This document shows positions 38,034-50,437 of a stretch of DNA of 64,000 nucleotides, one piece after another. This DNA comes from Myxococcota bacterium (GTDB lineage: Bacteria > Myxococcota > XYA12-FULL-58-9 > JALHOP01): assembly GCA_041288095.1 (NCBI GenBank), contig JBGGMJ010000136.1, forward strand, positions 1 through 64,000. Direction: 5' to 3'. The first letter of the stretch is position 1. Every line of letters starts with the position of its first letter. Made by a program: the position numbers and the translations under genes. The notes under the pieces were generated by a model, which was given only the letters and a program-made list of their open reading frames with translations, searched no databases and was not told where the DNA came from.

Positions 38034-40511
38034 CTAGCTACGAATCTCGACCTGGAAGGCTTGTTTGACGCTAGCCTGTAGGGCCTCGAACGCCGCGTTA
38101 ACCTCGACATCCGTGAGTGTGCGCTCACGGCTCCGATAGTCAATGGCGAAAGCTAAGCTGATGTGGGTGTCGGCGATCGGCTTGCCGGTATAGACGTCGA
38201 ACAGCGAGACCCGCTCGACCACGTCCCGCCCCATGGGACCGCCGGCATTGGCGGCAATGAAGACGCGCAGGGTCTCGGCCGGCAAGGTGCGATCGGCGAC
38301 GACCGCGAGGTCCCGGCGGGTGCTGGGGAACTTGGGGAGCTCGCGGTACGCCACCGCCCGCTTGGCGACGCTACCCAGGGCTTCGAGTGACAGCTCGGCC
38401 GCGACCACGGTCCCCGAAAGACCGAAGTGCGCCAAGGTGTCGGGATGGACGATGCCGGCCACACCCACACGGCGGTCTCCGACCATGAGCTCGGCCCCGG
38501 CGTGTGGATGGTAGCCGGGGATGCTCGCCGGACGGCGAACCACCCCATCGCGGGGGTCGAATGCCTCGAAGAGGTCGTCGAGAACGCCGGCGAGGTCGCT
38601 GAAATCGATGTTCTCGCCGCGCTCGTGCCAACGCCCGTCGTAGCGGCCACCGACCATGAGGATGCCGACCTCGGCGCGCTCGTCGACGAGCTCGGCCTCG
38701 CGACTCTCGGCCTCGGCTGCCCGCGCTGGATCGATCGTGGTCACCTTGCGTCCGCTTCCGCGGTCGCTCTTGCGGAACGTGGTGCCGATCTCGAAGAGCT
38801 TCAGGCTCTTCACGCCCTGACGGATGTTGGTGGTGGCGACGTCGAAGAGGCCGGGTAAGAGCGTCGTTCGCAGCGCGCTCAGCTCCTCGCCGAGCGGATT
38901 GATGAGTCGAACCGGATCACCACAGCGCTCGGCGAAGGGCGCGAATCGCGAAGGGCCGCCGAAGCCGTAGGTGACGATCTCCGTGAGCCCGATGGGCAAC
39001 AGGGCTCGGCGGGCAATCTCCGTGGGCGCCACCGCGAGGGGCTCGAACTTGAAGGGTCCGCCGGCGTCCGGGAGGTGCTCGGGGATGTTGTCGTAGCCGT
39101 GGCGCCGCGCAATCTCTTCGATGAGGTCGACCTCGATGCTGAGATCGGGCCTGAAGGTCGGGGGCTGGATACGCAGCACACCCTCGGTGCGCGCAATGCA
39201 TCTGATCTCGAGGGGCTCGAGTAGCTTTACGACCTCTTCGGCCTCGAGATCGAACCCGAGGATACGCCCCACCCGCCCCATGCGCAGGGTGATCTCGCGC
39301 GCCGGCTCGTTCTTGGCGGCGACCTCGACGAGACCCTTGCCGACGTCGGCCGCGCCCATCTCCGCCAGGAGCTGCGCGCAGCGATCGACGGCTCGCGCCG
39401 TGACCCCCGCGTCGGCGCCACGCTCGAACCGCCGCGCGGCCTCGGTCTTCAAGTCGAAGCGCTTCGAGGTGCGGCGGACGCTCACCGGCTCGAACCAGGC
39501 GCCCTCGAGCACCACGGTCGTGGTCGTCTCGCGAACTTCGGTCGCGGCCCCGCCCATCACGCCGGCGATGCCGATGGCCTTCTGGGCGTCGGCGATGATG
39601 AGGTCGTCTTCGCCGAGCTCACGCTCGACGCCGTCGAGGGTCGTGAGCTTCTCGCCCTGCTGGGCGTGGCGGACGTGGATGGTAGGCAGGCCCGACTCGG
39701 CCGCCAATGTGGACAGGTCGTAGGCGTGCAGCGGCTGACCCAACTCCATCAGCACGTAGTTGGTGGCGTCGACGACGTTGTTGATCGAGCGCTGTCCGAT
39801 CGCCTCGAGCCGCTCACGCATCCAGTCCGGTGACGGGCCGACCTTCACGTTGGTCAGGGCGCGGGCGACGAAGCGCTTGCAAGCCTTGTGATCGTCGACG
39901 ACGACGCGCACGAGCGTCGAGGTCGCGACGCCTTTTTCGGTCGGACGCTTGGTGTCGATCTTCATGCGCTTGCCGGTGAAGGCGGCGACTTCACGCGCGA
40001 CACCGTAGTGCGACAGCAAGTCCGGCCGGTTCGCGGTGACCGCGAGCTCGATGGTCGCGCCGCTCGCGACCTGCGAGAACAACGGCTTGCCGAGCTCCGC
40101 GCTGTCCGGGAGCACCCAGATGCCGTCGCTCTTTTCTTCGAGGCCGAGCTCCGACTTGCCGCAGAGCATGCCCTCGCTCTCGACACCACGGATGGCGCGC
40201 TTTCCGATCTCGAGGCCGGGGAGCTTGGCGCCGATTTGCGCGAAGGCGACATGTTGGCCGACCGCGACGTTGGGCGCGCCGCACACGACGGTGTAGCTCT
40301 TGGTGCCGTCGGTGACGGTGGTCACGCGGATCTTGTCGGCCTTGGGGTGGGGTTCCACGGCTTCGACCTTGCCGATGACGACGCCGCTGACGCCGCTCGC
40401 GGGATCGTTGACCGCTTCGACTTCGATGCCGGCGGAGGTGAGCCCCGTGACCAGGTCCGCTACCGCGGGCACGTCGACGAAATCGGACAGCCAGTCGAGC
40501 GAGATACGCAC
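38034..40511 (-). CDS. pheT: phenylalanine--tRNA ligase beta subunit
   Basis: MRISLDWL, HPKADK, VCGAPNV, TANRPDLLS, FERG, RRDLAVV, FDVYTG. Confidence 0.97.
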   Translation of the reverse strand: MRISLDWLSDFVDVPAVADLVTGLTSAGIEVEAVNDPASGVSGVVIGKVEAVEPHPKADKIRVTTVTDGTKSYTVVCGAPNVAVGQHVAFAQIGAKLPGLEIGKRAIRGVESEGMLCGKSELGLEEKSDGIWVLPDSAELGKPLFSQVASGATIELAVTANRPDLLSHYGVAREVAAFTGKRMKIDTKRPTEKGVATSTLVRVVVDDHKACKRFVARALTNVKVGPSPDWMRERLEAIGQRSINNVVDATNYVLMELGQPLHAYDLSTLAAESGLPTIHVRHAQQGEKLTTLDGVERELGEDDLIIADAQKAIGIAGVMGGAATEVRETTTTVVLEGAWFEPVSVRRTSKRFDLKTEAARRFERGADAGVTARAVDRCAQLLAEMGAADVGKGLVEVAAKNEPAREITLRMGRVGRILGFDLEAEEVVKLLEPLEIRCIARTEGVLRIQPPTFRPDLSIEVDLIEEIARRHGYDNIPEHLPDAGGPFKFEPLAVAPTEIARRALLPIGLTEIVTYGFGGPSRFAPFAERCGDPVRLINPLGEELSALRTTLLPGLFDVATTNIRQGVKSLKLFEIGTTFRKSDRGSGRKVTTIDPARAAEAESREAELVDERAEVGILMVGGRYDGRWHERGENIDFSDLAGVLDDLFEAFDPRDGVVRRPASIPGYHPHAGAELMVGDRRVGVAGIVHPDTLAHFGLSGTVVAAELSLEALGSVAKRAVAYRELPKFPSTRRDLAVVADRTLPAETLRVFIAANAGGPMGRDVVERVSLFDVYTGKPIADTHISLAFAIDYRSRERTLTDVEVNAAFEALQASVKQAFQVEIRS

Positions 40512-40516
40512 CTGCT

Positions 40517-41530
40517 TCAGCTCCCCGCGCGCGACACGAACTGGTTCGCGAAGCGCAGATCGTTTTCGTACAGCAAGCGGATGTCGTCGATGCCGTACTT
40601 GAGCATGGCGAGGCGCTCGATGCCGGTGCCAAACGCGAAGCCCTGCACCTTCTCGGGATCGTAGCCCACGTACTCGAGCACCGAAGGATGCACCATGCCG
40701 GCGCCCAGGACCTCGAGCCAGCCCATGCCCTTCTTGAGCATCGGCGAGCGCACGTCCACTTCGACGGACGGCTCGGTGAACGGGAAGAAGCTCGGCCGCA
40801 GGCGGATCTGCGCCTCGGCACCGAACAGGGCGACGGCGAGCGTCTTGAGCACGCCCTTCAAGTCCGCGAAGGTGGCCCGCTCGTCGATCCAGAGGCCTTC
40901 GATCTGATGGAAGACGGGAGAGTGCGTGGCGTCGAGGTTGTCCTTGCGGAAGACCATGCCCGGCGCGAGGACGCGCACCGGCGGCTCACGCGTCAGCATC
41001 GTGCGGATCTGCGTATTCGAGGTGTGCGTGCGCAGCACCGTGTTCTTGCCGACGAAGAAGGTGTCGTGCATGTCGCGGGCAGGATGGTCCTGCGGCATGT
41101 TGAGCGCTTCGAAGTTGTACCAGTCGTGCTCGACCAGCGGCCCGGTGGCAACCGTGAAGCCGAGCGGCGTCAACGCGCGCACGACCTCGTCCTCGATGAG
41201 CCGCAGCGCGTGCGGCGCCCCGGGAAACATGCGCCGGCCCGGCAACGTAACGTCATAGCGGCCGCTCGCTAAAACGGAGTCACGCTCGGCGGCGCCGATG
41301 CGTGTCGAGGCCTCGTCGAGCGCTTCCTCGATGCGGGTCTTGACCTCGTTGATTTTGGCGCCGAGCTTCGGGCGCTCCTCGGGAGTGACATCGCCGAGCG
41401 ACCGCATGGCGGTGCCGAGCGCACCCTTCTTGCCGAGGATTTCGGCGCGAAGCAGTGCGACGTCCTGCGACGTGCGCGCCTTCTTGGCGCGCGTCAACGC
41501 AGTCTTTTCTATGCGCTTGAGCTCTTCCAT
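40517..41530 (-). CDS. pheS: phenylalanine--tRNA ligase alpha subunit
   Basis: HPARDMHDTF, LRTHTS, FHQIEG, RPSFFPFTEPS, GFAFGTGIERLAM. Confidence 0.97.
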   Translation of the reverse strand: MEELKRIEKTALTRAKKARTSQDVALLRAEILGKKGALGTAMRSLGDVTPEERPKLGAKINEVKTRIEEALDEASTRIGAAERDSVLASGRYDVTLPGRRMFPGAPHALRLIEDEVVRALTPLGFTVATGPLVEHDWYNFEALNMPQDHPARDMHDTFFVGKNTVLRTHTSNTQIRTMLTREPPVRVLAPGMVFRKDNLDATHSPVFHQIEGLWIDERATFADLKGVLKTLAVALFGAEAQIRLRPSFFPFTEPSVEVDVRSPMLKKGMGWLEVLGAGMVHPSVLEYVGYDPEKVQGFAFGTGIERLAMLKYGIDDIRLLYENDLRFANQFVSRAGS

Positions 41531-41555
41531 GTGGCCCGTGAGAGGCTACAGGAGC

Positions 41556-41912
41556 TTAAGCGAGCGCGGCCTTGGCCTTCTTGGCAACGGCTTCAAAACC
41601 CTTCGGGTCGTGAACCGCGAGGTCCGCGAGCACGCGGCGATCGAGCTGGATGCCGGCCTTGGCGAGGCCGTTGATCAAGCGGCTGTAGCTCATCTCGAGA
41701 GGACGCACGGCCGCGTTGATGCGGGTGATCCACAGACGGCGGTACTGTCGCTTCTTCTCTTTGCGGCCCGAGAAGGCGTAGGCCAACGCGCGATCGACGG
41801 TCTCCTTGGCGACAGCGAACAGCTTACGGCGAGCGCCGTAGTAGCCCTTCGCGCGCTTGAGGACGCGCTTGCGACGTTGACGAGTTTTGAAGCCACCTTT
41901 AGTGCGAGCCAT
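41556..41912 (-). CDS. rplT: 50S ribosomal protein bL20
   Basis: [36 protein letters not shown]. Confidence 0.97.
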   Translation of the reverse strand: MARTKGGFKTRQRRKRVLKRAKGYYGARRKLFAVAKETVDRALAYAFSGRKEKKRQYRRLWITRINAAVRPLEMSYSRLINGLAKAGIQLDRRVLADLAVHDPKGFEAVAKKAKAALA

Positions 41913-41952
41913 GTTCTTCTACCTACTTGAATCGAATTTTAAGACGGTCAGG

Positions 41953-42159
41953 CTAGTTGCCGTACGGGAGAAGCGACTTCGCCATCGCTTCGTCAGTCGG
42001 GCCGAGGAGGATGGTGCCGCCCAACTGGCGCTTGCGCTTGCGGCCCTTGTTGGCGAGGAGGTGGCGCTTACCGCGGCGGCCGACCTTGACTTTGCCACCA
42101 CCGGTGATGCGGTAGCGCTTTGCAGCGGCGCGCTTGGTCTTCAACTTGTTCTTCGGCAT
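41953..42159 (-). CDS. rpmI: 50S ribosomal protein bL35
   Basis: MPKNKLKTKRAAAKRYRITGGGK..RHLLANK..LLPY. Confidence 0.95.
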   Translation of the reverse strand: MPKNKLKTKRAAAKRYRITGGGKVKVGRRGKRHLLANKGRKRKRQLGGTILLGPTDEAMAKSLLPYGN

Positions 42160-42231
42160 TGCTGTATTCCTAAAGACGAGCGCGCGGGCATAGCACAAGG
42201 AGCCCGGGGGACGCTGCAAAAATCGACGCGC

Positions 42232-42260
42232 TGTCTACGTAAATCGCTCGGGAGCGTCAA
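42232..42260 (-). promoter_or_regulatory. sigma-70-type promoter for rpmI-rplT
   Basis: minus strand TTGACG-N17-TAGACA. Confidence 0.5.
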
Positions 42261-42325
42261 GCCCTGACGGACGATCATCGCGTCCCAGGCGTTCCTCGGG
42301 GCCAAAAGGCGAGCATTCGCATACG

Positions 42326-43330
42326 ATGGCGAGCGTGGGCGTAACGGGGACCAAGGGTATCGTAGCCGGCTCCGGGCAGGTCTTGACCGTCCCGGGGGCG
42401 GACGACTTGGCTCCGATCGTCGTCGCCGCCAGCGACGGCACCCCAAGATTGCCCACCGGGGCGGCGACCCGGCTGGTTCAGAGCGGCGAGCCCCAGCGCC
42501 TCGAGCTGCCGCCGCCCTTGGCCGACGGCCCGATGCCTCGAAGTGTCCCGTATACGGCTCCGCACGACCTCAGAGCACGCATCGCGCAGGCGCTGGGGGT
42601 CCTCGAAGGCCGACCGACACAGTGGGCGCGTGACCCCCACGTCGTCGCCGCCCTCACCTACTCCGATCGCTTCATCGGACCCGCCGGCCGCGTTGCAGGC
42701 TCACCGCTCGATCGTGATGCCGAGCGCGGGGACATCGACAAGATCACCATCCGGGCCGTGGTGCAGGCCATGGGGACGCGGCGTGGCGAGCTCCGCGTCG
42801 CCTTCTTCGAGGCCATGCGTGCCGCCTACAATGCCCAGGCGCGCGACATGCCGGCCGCGGCCGTGCTGCCCCTGCGCACCTTCGACTACGGGCAGGGCTT
42901 CGCGCATCCCGATGCCATCGACCTCTATGTCCATCGCGAGGGAGACACCGCGAACCCGATCGTCAGCACATCGGGCGGCATCGTCATCATGGCCGAGGAC
43001 GGCTGGTCGACCGACAACCGCTTCGCCACCTCGTCGCTGCGCGGGGGCAACACGGTCACGGTCTACGATCCGGTGCGCAACGAGGTGCACCGATACGCGC
43101 ATCTGCAACAAGTCGACGCGCGGCCGCTGCAGGTGGTCCGCCCCGGCGAACGACTCGGTCTGGTCGGCAGCACCGGCAGCGACTCGGCTCGAGGCGGCGG
43201 CGCCTCGGAACGCGGACACGGCCGCCACCTGCACTACGAGATCCGCTACTTCCCGAACGGTCTCGCGGCGGAGTCGCGCAGCTACCTCACCGAGGAGCTG
43301 CGCAAACGCTTGGGTCCGGAACCGCGCTGA
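42326..43330 (+). CDS. orphan M23 family peptidase with unstructured N-terminus
   Basis: HPDAID (HxxxD), GGNTV, YAHL, GLVGSTG, HLHYEIR; no signal peptide seen. Confidence 0.8.
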   Translation: MASVGVTGTKGIVAGSGQVLTVPGADDLAPIVVAASDGTPRLPTGAATRLVQSGEPQRLELPPPLADGPMPRSVPYTAPHDLRARIAQALGVLEGRPTQWARDPHVVAALTYSDRFIGPAGRVAGSPLDRDAERGDIDKITIRAVVQAMGTRRGELRVAFFEAMRAAYNAQARDMPAAAVLPLRTFDYGQGFAHPDAIDLYVHREGDTANPIVSTSGGIVIMAEDGWSTDNRFATSSLRGGNTVTVYDPVRNEVHRYAHLQQVDARPLQVVRPGERLGLVGSTGSDSARGGGASERGHGRHLHYEIRYFPNGLAAESRSYLTEELRKRLGPEPR

Positions 43331-43343
43331 CGCGGGCGCGCGA

Positions 43344-43863
<520 letters not shown>

Positions 43864-43871
<8 letters not shown>

Positions 43872-45876
43872 GACTCGCTCCTACGAGGTTTTCTTTCCGA
43901 ACGAACTTTGCCCGATCTGGCTTGGGCACGGTCGCCGCGTCTAACACGAGCTGAATTGACTTGTCGAGCGGCATGACCCCGAGGTCGCCCTTCTTGCGCC
44001 AACGGACGGACACCGATCGTGCCTCGCGCTCCTTGGCGCCGAGCACCATGACGACCGGTACCTTGTTGAGCTCGGCGTCGCGGATCTTGAAGCCGAGCTT
44101 CTCGCTGCGCTCGTCGAGGTGAACGCGGATGCTTTTCTCCTCGAGGGCCGCCTGGATCTCGCGGCCATAGCCCAGAAGCTCGTCGTTGATCGTGATCAGG
44201 CGAACCTGGGTCGGCGCGAGCCACAGCGGCAAGTCGCCGGCCGTGTGCTCGAGCAGGATGCCGATGAAGCGCTCGAGCGAGCCCAAGATCGCGCGGTGAA
44301 TGACGACCGGGGTGCTCTCGCCGCTCTGCTCGTTGGTGTAGCTGAGCTGGAAGCGGCGCGGCAGGCCGTAGTCGAGCTGGATGGTGCCGAGCTGGAACCA
44401 GCGGCCCAGGGCGTCCTTCACTTGGAAGTCGAGCTTCGGACCGTAAAAGGCGCCATCACCGGCGTTTAGCTCGAACTCGAGCTTGTTGTCCGCCAAAGCG
44501 GTGCGCAGCATGCCCTCGGCGTTTTCCCAGGCCTTGTCCCACGACTTGCTCTCTTCGGCGGAGAGGCCCGGCTCACGGCCGAGCGACTTCTCCGGCCGCG
44601 TCGAGAGCTGCACTTTCATCTCGAGCCCGAAGACGGCGTACACGTCTTGCAGCATCGCGAGCTGCAGGCGGATCTCTTCGCCGATCTGATCTTCACGCAC
44701 GAAGAGATGCGCGTCGTCCTGACAGAAGCTGCGCACGCGCGTGAGCCCGGCGGTCACACCGCTGCGCTCGTACCGATGCAAGCGCCCGAAGTCCGCCATG
44801 CGGATCGGTAGGTCGCGATACGAGTGCTTGGTGTGCCCGAACATCAGCATGTGGCCCGGGCAATTCATGGGCTTCATGCCGAACTCGCGCTCGTCGATCT
44901 GCGCGAAGTACATGTTGTCTTTGTAGTTCGCGTAGTGACCGCTGGTCTTGAAGAGCTCCGAGTCGGTGAGCTGCGGCGTGATGACCTCGCCCATGTCGAG
45001 CGGGCCGTAGTAGGCACGAATGAAGTCGACGAGGCCGTTGTAGATGCGCGCGCCCTTGTCGGTGAAAAACGGCGTCGCGGGCGCGTATGGGTGGAAGAAG
45101 AAGAGATCGAGCTCTTTGCCGAGCTTGCGGTGGTCGCGGCGCTTGGCCTCCTCTTGCAGCTCGACATGTTTGGCGAGCTCTTCCTCGGTCCAGAAGGCGG
45201 TGCCGTAGATGCGGGTGAGCATCGGGTTGCGCTCGTCACCGCGCCAGTACGCTCCAGCGACACTGGTGAGCTTGAACGCCTTGAGCCACGACGAGTCCGG
45301 TACGTGCGGGCCGCGGCAGACGTCGGGCCAATCGCCGAGCGTGTACACGGTGATGGTGTCATCCGCGGGAATGGCGTCGATGATCTCGAGCTTGAAGCGC
45401 TCGCCCATCTTGCTGAAGCGCTCTTTCACGGCATCGCGGGTTACCACCTCGCGCACCATGGGCACGTTCTGCTTGGCGATGCGGTGCATCTCCTCTTCGA
45501 TCTTCGGCAGATCGTCGGGAGTGAACGGGCCCTGCTCGCGATAGAAGTCGTAGTAGAAGCCGTTCTCGATCGAAGGGCCTATGGTGACCTGGGTGCCGGG
45601 GAAGAGCTTCTGCACCGCCATCGCCATCAAGTGCGCGGTGGTGTGGCGCACGATTGGCAGACCGGCTTCGGTCTTCACGGTGACGATCTTGAGGGCCGCG
45701 TCCTTGGTCAGCGGCGTATGGACGTCGATGGCGGTGTCGCCACCATCGATGATGCCCGCGATAGCGGCCTTGCCGAGATTCTTGCCGATGGACTCGGCGA
45801 CTTGCTTGATGGTGATGCCGCTGTCGTAAGTGCGGACGGAACCATCGGGGAGAGTGATGTTGACCTGTTGACTCAC
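43864..45876 (-). CDS. thrS: threonine--tRNA ligase
   Basis: RHTTAHLMA, GFYYDF, CRGPHV, GAYWRG, RDHRKLG, KPMNCPGH, GAFYGPK, HRAILGSLERF. Confidence 0.97.
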
Positions 45877-45920
45877 GCCGATGCGTCTACGCTATGCGCG
45901 GCGTATTGTGCAACGGGACG

Positions 45921-45954
45921 AAAAAAAACGCCCCTGGGGTGGGCCAGGGGCGTT
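45921..45954 (-). terminator. rho-independent terminator
   Basis: stem AACGCCCCTGG/CCAGGGGCGTT with an A8 run on plus, downstream of the 45988 gene. Confidence 0.82.
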
Positions 45955-45987
45955 CCGACTCAGGCGGAGAGTCTTTGTTGGCTCGAG

Positions 45988-47379
45988 CTAGTAACTGATG
46001 CGGATCGGCCGCAGGCTGGTGGCGTTGCCGTTGAGCTCGCTGCCGAGGGCAAAGCTGATGGCACCGCTACGGCTGCTGACCGCGCGCCAGACGTCGGAAG
46101 CATTCGAGAGAATCGGCGGCGGCGTCGCCTTGCCGGCGAGCTCGAGCTTCTGCCACGACTCACGATAAGAGCGCGTCGTCGTGTGCAGAACGCTGCGGAA
46201 GAACGCCGCGCCGGCGCCGCCCGAGGGTGAGCGCAGGATCGGCTCGACCTTGCGACCGTTGAGGGTATTCGAGCGGCCGAAGTAGACGTCGGCGAGCTGC
46301 TCGGCCGAGACCGACGACAGACCAACCGACGCGTTCGCGATAGCGTACAGGGCGCCCGGCTCGAGATCCTGGCGCGGCCGCTCGCTGGTATCGCCGGTGT
46401 TGCCGCGCTGGTCCGCGGGCTTGTCGTTCTCCTTGGGTGTCGTCAGACCCGCCGACGCCGGCTCCTTGGCGCTGGCCTGCGAGGACTGCGCGCTCGCCAT
46501 CGTGGCCGGAGGGTCCTGACGCGACGGAGTCAGCAACGCCACTTGCGCCGAGACGTCGGGGTCGAGCGACTGCACGCTACTCGAAACCACGTTGAGGCGG
46601 CGGCTGAAGACGACAGTGCTGTTATGGAGCAGCGCGATCTCGTGCGAGCCCGGCTCGGCCGTGAGGCGCAGCGGCGTCTGGTCCATGACCTTGCCGTCGA
46701 GCTGGACGGTCAAGCCCGAAGGCGTCGAGCTGACGATGATGGTGCCCGGCGAAGCGGTCGTCGAAGTCTCGACGTCGGCCGGCTCGGGCTTGCTGGTGGT
46801 GCGCGCCGAAGCTTGGGCGACGCGACGCGCCTTTTCGCGCTCACGCTCGCGCGCCGCGGCTTCACGCTCGCGCTCGCGGCGCTTGGCGGCGGACTTCGCG
46901 TCCTCGCGCGTGTTGCTGGCGACGGTGGGCTTGTCTTCCGGCTTGTCCTCTTCGGGCTTGGCTTCCTCGGCCTTCGCTTCGTCAGCCTTGTCCGCTGGAG
47001 CGGCCGCGGCCATGTCGGTCGTCGTCACCGTGCCCTTGGCCGGCGACGTGCTCGAGCGGTCGCGTAGCTCCATCGCGATCTTCATGAGCTGCGGCAGATC
47101 GGCGCTCGCCTTGCTCGACTTGGCGGCTTCGGTAAAGCGCTTGACCGCTTCTTCGTAGCGTCCGCTTTCGAGCGCAGCGAGACCAGCGGCGCGCAGCGCG
47201 CGGCTCACGTCACCGGTTGGCTCCCCTTCGCGCGCCGGCGTGTCCGACCCACCGGCGCTCTCTTGGGCCTTGTGGCGTGTGAGCACGTAAACCGCGGCGC
47301 CCGCTACGTTGATCGCCACCACCACCGCGACCACGTTGAGAGCGAGAGATGGCTTTCGCCGGCTTACTGAACCCTTCAT
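45988..47379 (-). CDS. membrane-anchored protein: TM, TPR-like helix, charged linker, PEGA domain, C-terminal PBP-like domain
   Basis: TM VVAVVVAINVAGAAVYVL; PEGA IIVSSTPSGLTVQLDGK..QTPL..PGSHEI; C-terminal AIANASVGLSSVSAEQLADVYFG..VSSRSGAISF. Confidence 0.78.
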   Translation of the reverse strand: MKGSVSRRKPSLALNVVAVVVAINVAGAAVYVLTRHKAQESAGGSDTPAREGEPTGDVSRALRAAGLAALESGRYEEAVKRFTEAAKSSKASADLPQLMKIAMELRDRSSTSPAKGTVTTTDMAAAAPADKADEAKAEEAKPEEDKPEDKPTVASNTREDAKSAAKRREREREAAAREREREKARRVAQASARTTSKPEPADVETSTTASPGTIIVSSTPSGLTVQLDGKVMDQTPLRLTAEPGSHEIALLHNSTVVFSRRLNVVSSSVQSLDPDVSAQVALLTPSRQDPPATMASAQSSQASAKEPASAGLTTPKENDKPADQRGNTGDTSERPRQDLEPGALYAIANASVGLSSVSAEQLADVYFGRSNTLNGRKVEPILRSPSGGAGAAFFRSVLHTTTRSYRESWQKLELAGKATPPPILSNASDVWRAVSSRSGAISFALGSELNGNATSLRPIRISY

Positions 47380-47486
47380 TGCTGCACCTTGCGCGCGCCG
47401 GGCACGCGTCCGTCACGCGATCTTTTTCGTTTCGCCCGCACCTCTGCTTGCGGCAGAGCTGAACTGGAATTTCTTCGATTCTAGCC

Positions 47487-48659
<1,173 letters not shown>

Positions 48660-48863
48660 TCCTCCGCTCCTTCACTTTGCGATGGGCGACCGTTGCACCC
48701 CCAAGACAGGGGCGCGTGGTCGCGGCTGTTTCGCGCTCGCGCACGAACACGCGACGTCCTTACCGATGACGCGTTAGCGACGCTCTTTCTAACACCGTCC
48801 AGCCAGCAATTCGAGGAATCTTCACGTGGCGGCGCGGGGTAAGAGGACCAACCGCGGAGTATA

Positions 48864-48935
<72 letters not shown>

Positions 48936-49157
48936 TCGTACTTCTGCGCGCCGTCTACCCGTTGTCCTGACACGAAGTCAATGCAGACATGATCGGCGCA
49001 CGCAGTCGCGACGTCAGATCTCGCGCTGCACGAAATTTCCCTTACAGGACCTCACAAATTCGTGTGTGCGCGTGGCAGCGCGTGCGTGGAACACGGCCAC
49101 AACTATTGCAACAATTGCATGTTTGACTGGGTTTAGATTCGCCAAATTTTTATCTAC

Positions 49158-49178
49158 TGGGTACCGTTCAAGTACCCA
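49158..49178. promoter_or_regulatory. inverted repeat directly before the EamA start codon
   Basis: TGGGTAC-cgttcaa-GTACCCA abutting ATG 49179. Confidence 0.35.
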
Positions 49179-50201
49179 ATGCAGTCGCAGTATCAGCCCC
49201 GGTCAGGCGTGCATTACCTCCTGCTGTACGCCTTCTTGTTCAGCTTGATGGGCGTGTGCGTGAAGCTCGTCGCGCACCTCCCCAGTCAGCTGATCGTGAG
49301 CGCCCGCATTGTCGTGACGCTGGTGGCGACGGCCTCGCTACTCGGACTGAAGCGCGTGCCCGTGCTCGGGAACAACCGCAAGACGCTGATCTTGCGCGGC
49401 ATCACCGGCACGCTGGCGCTCAACTGCTACTTCTACGCGATGGCGCACATGCCCATCGCCGAGGCCATCCTCATTCAGAACACGACGCCGGTGTTCACGG
49501 GCTTGCTCGCCGCCGTCTTCCTGCGCGAGCGCCGCCACTGGAGTGTCGGGCTCACCACGGTCGCGAGCTTGGTTGGCGTGCTCATCATGACCCGCCCCGA
49601 GACCATCTTCGGCGCCTCGCAAGCGCGCATGGACCTGTTGCCGGTCGTCTGCGCTCTCGCAGGCGCCATCTTCACGGCATCGTCGTTCGTCATCATCCGT
49701 CGTCTGGGCACCAACGAGCACCCGCTCGTCGTCGTCTTCTATACGCCGCTCGTCGGCGTCTTCCTCACCCTGCCCTTCACGGTGAACGGCTTCGTCATGC
49801 CGTCGGCGCGCGAGTGGATCGTCCTCGGCGTGCTCGGCATCATCACGCAGCTCGGTCAGATGGCGCTCTCCGTCGGCATTCGCCGCGAACCGGTGGCGCG
49901 TGTCACCAACCTGACGCATGCGCAGCTCGTCTTCGCGACCATCTGGGGTGCTTTGCTCTTCAACGAGTACCCCGACGGCTGGACGCTCATCGGCGCGACC
50001 GTCGTCGTCGGCGCGAGCGTCATCACCGTCCTCGCGGCGCGAGCGGACAACTCGGGCCCCTCCCCAGGCGACTTCGCGACCACGACATCGGAGCGCATGA
50101 GCTCGCTGCAGGCGCTGGTTCCAGAACCCAGCGAAACCGACGAGCCCCGCCCCCGCCACTCGGCGGCCGAGCTCTCCCAAGCGCGCACGCCTACCTCTTG
50201 A
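49179..50201 (+). CDS. DMT/EamA family transporter
   Basis: about 10 TM helices; LILRGITG, PVFTGLLAAVFLRER, GVLIMTRP, WGALLFNEYP. Confidence 0.88.
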   Translation: MQSQYQPRSGVHYLLLYAFLFSLMGVCVKLVAHLPSQLIVSARIVVTLVATASLLGLKRVPVLGNNRKTLILRGITGTLALNCYFYAMAHMPIAEAILIQNTTPVFTGLLAAVFLRERRHWSVGLTTVASLVGVLIMTRPETIFGASQARMDLLPVVCALAGAIFTASSFVIIRRLGTNEHPLVVVFYTPLVGVFLTLPFTVNGFVMPSAREWIVLGVLGIITQLGQMALSVGIRREPVARVTNLTHAQLVFATIWGALLFNEYPDGWTLIGATVVVGASVITVLAARADNSGPSPGDFATTTSERMSSLQALVPEPSETDEPRPRHSAAELSQARTPTS

Positions 50202-50437
50202 TCGCCTCGCGCGGCGCGAGGCTAAAGGTCGAGTTCCGGAAACAAGCCGGAACCCGACGCCTGCTTTGCAGAGCGTCAAACGCGCGCGTTGCGGCCACGC
50301 GGCGGCTCCAGGCCGGGGGTTCACGGGCCGTCACCGCTAATACGAGCCGCGGCTCTCGCGACGCTGTCGCGTTGGGTCTCGCGCGGTGTCGCCCGGCCTT
50401 ACGCGACGCTGCGAGCCGTTCTTGCTCGCGGGGGCGA

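Noticed and set aside
42300..42330. Sigma-28-like motif before the orphan M23 gene (CCAA-N16-TACGATGG)
   Set aside because: Poor match at both boxes and it overlaps the predicted start codon.
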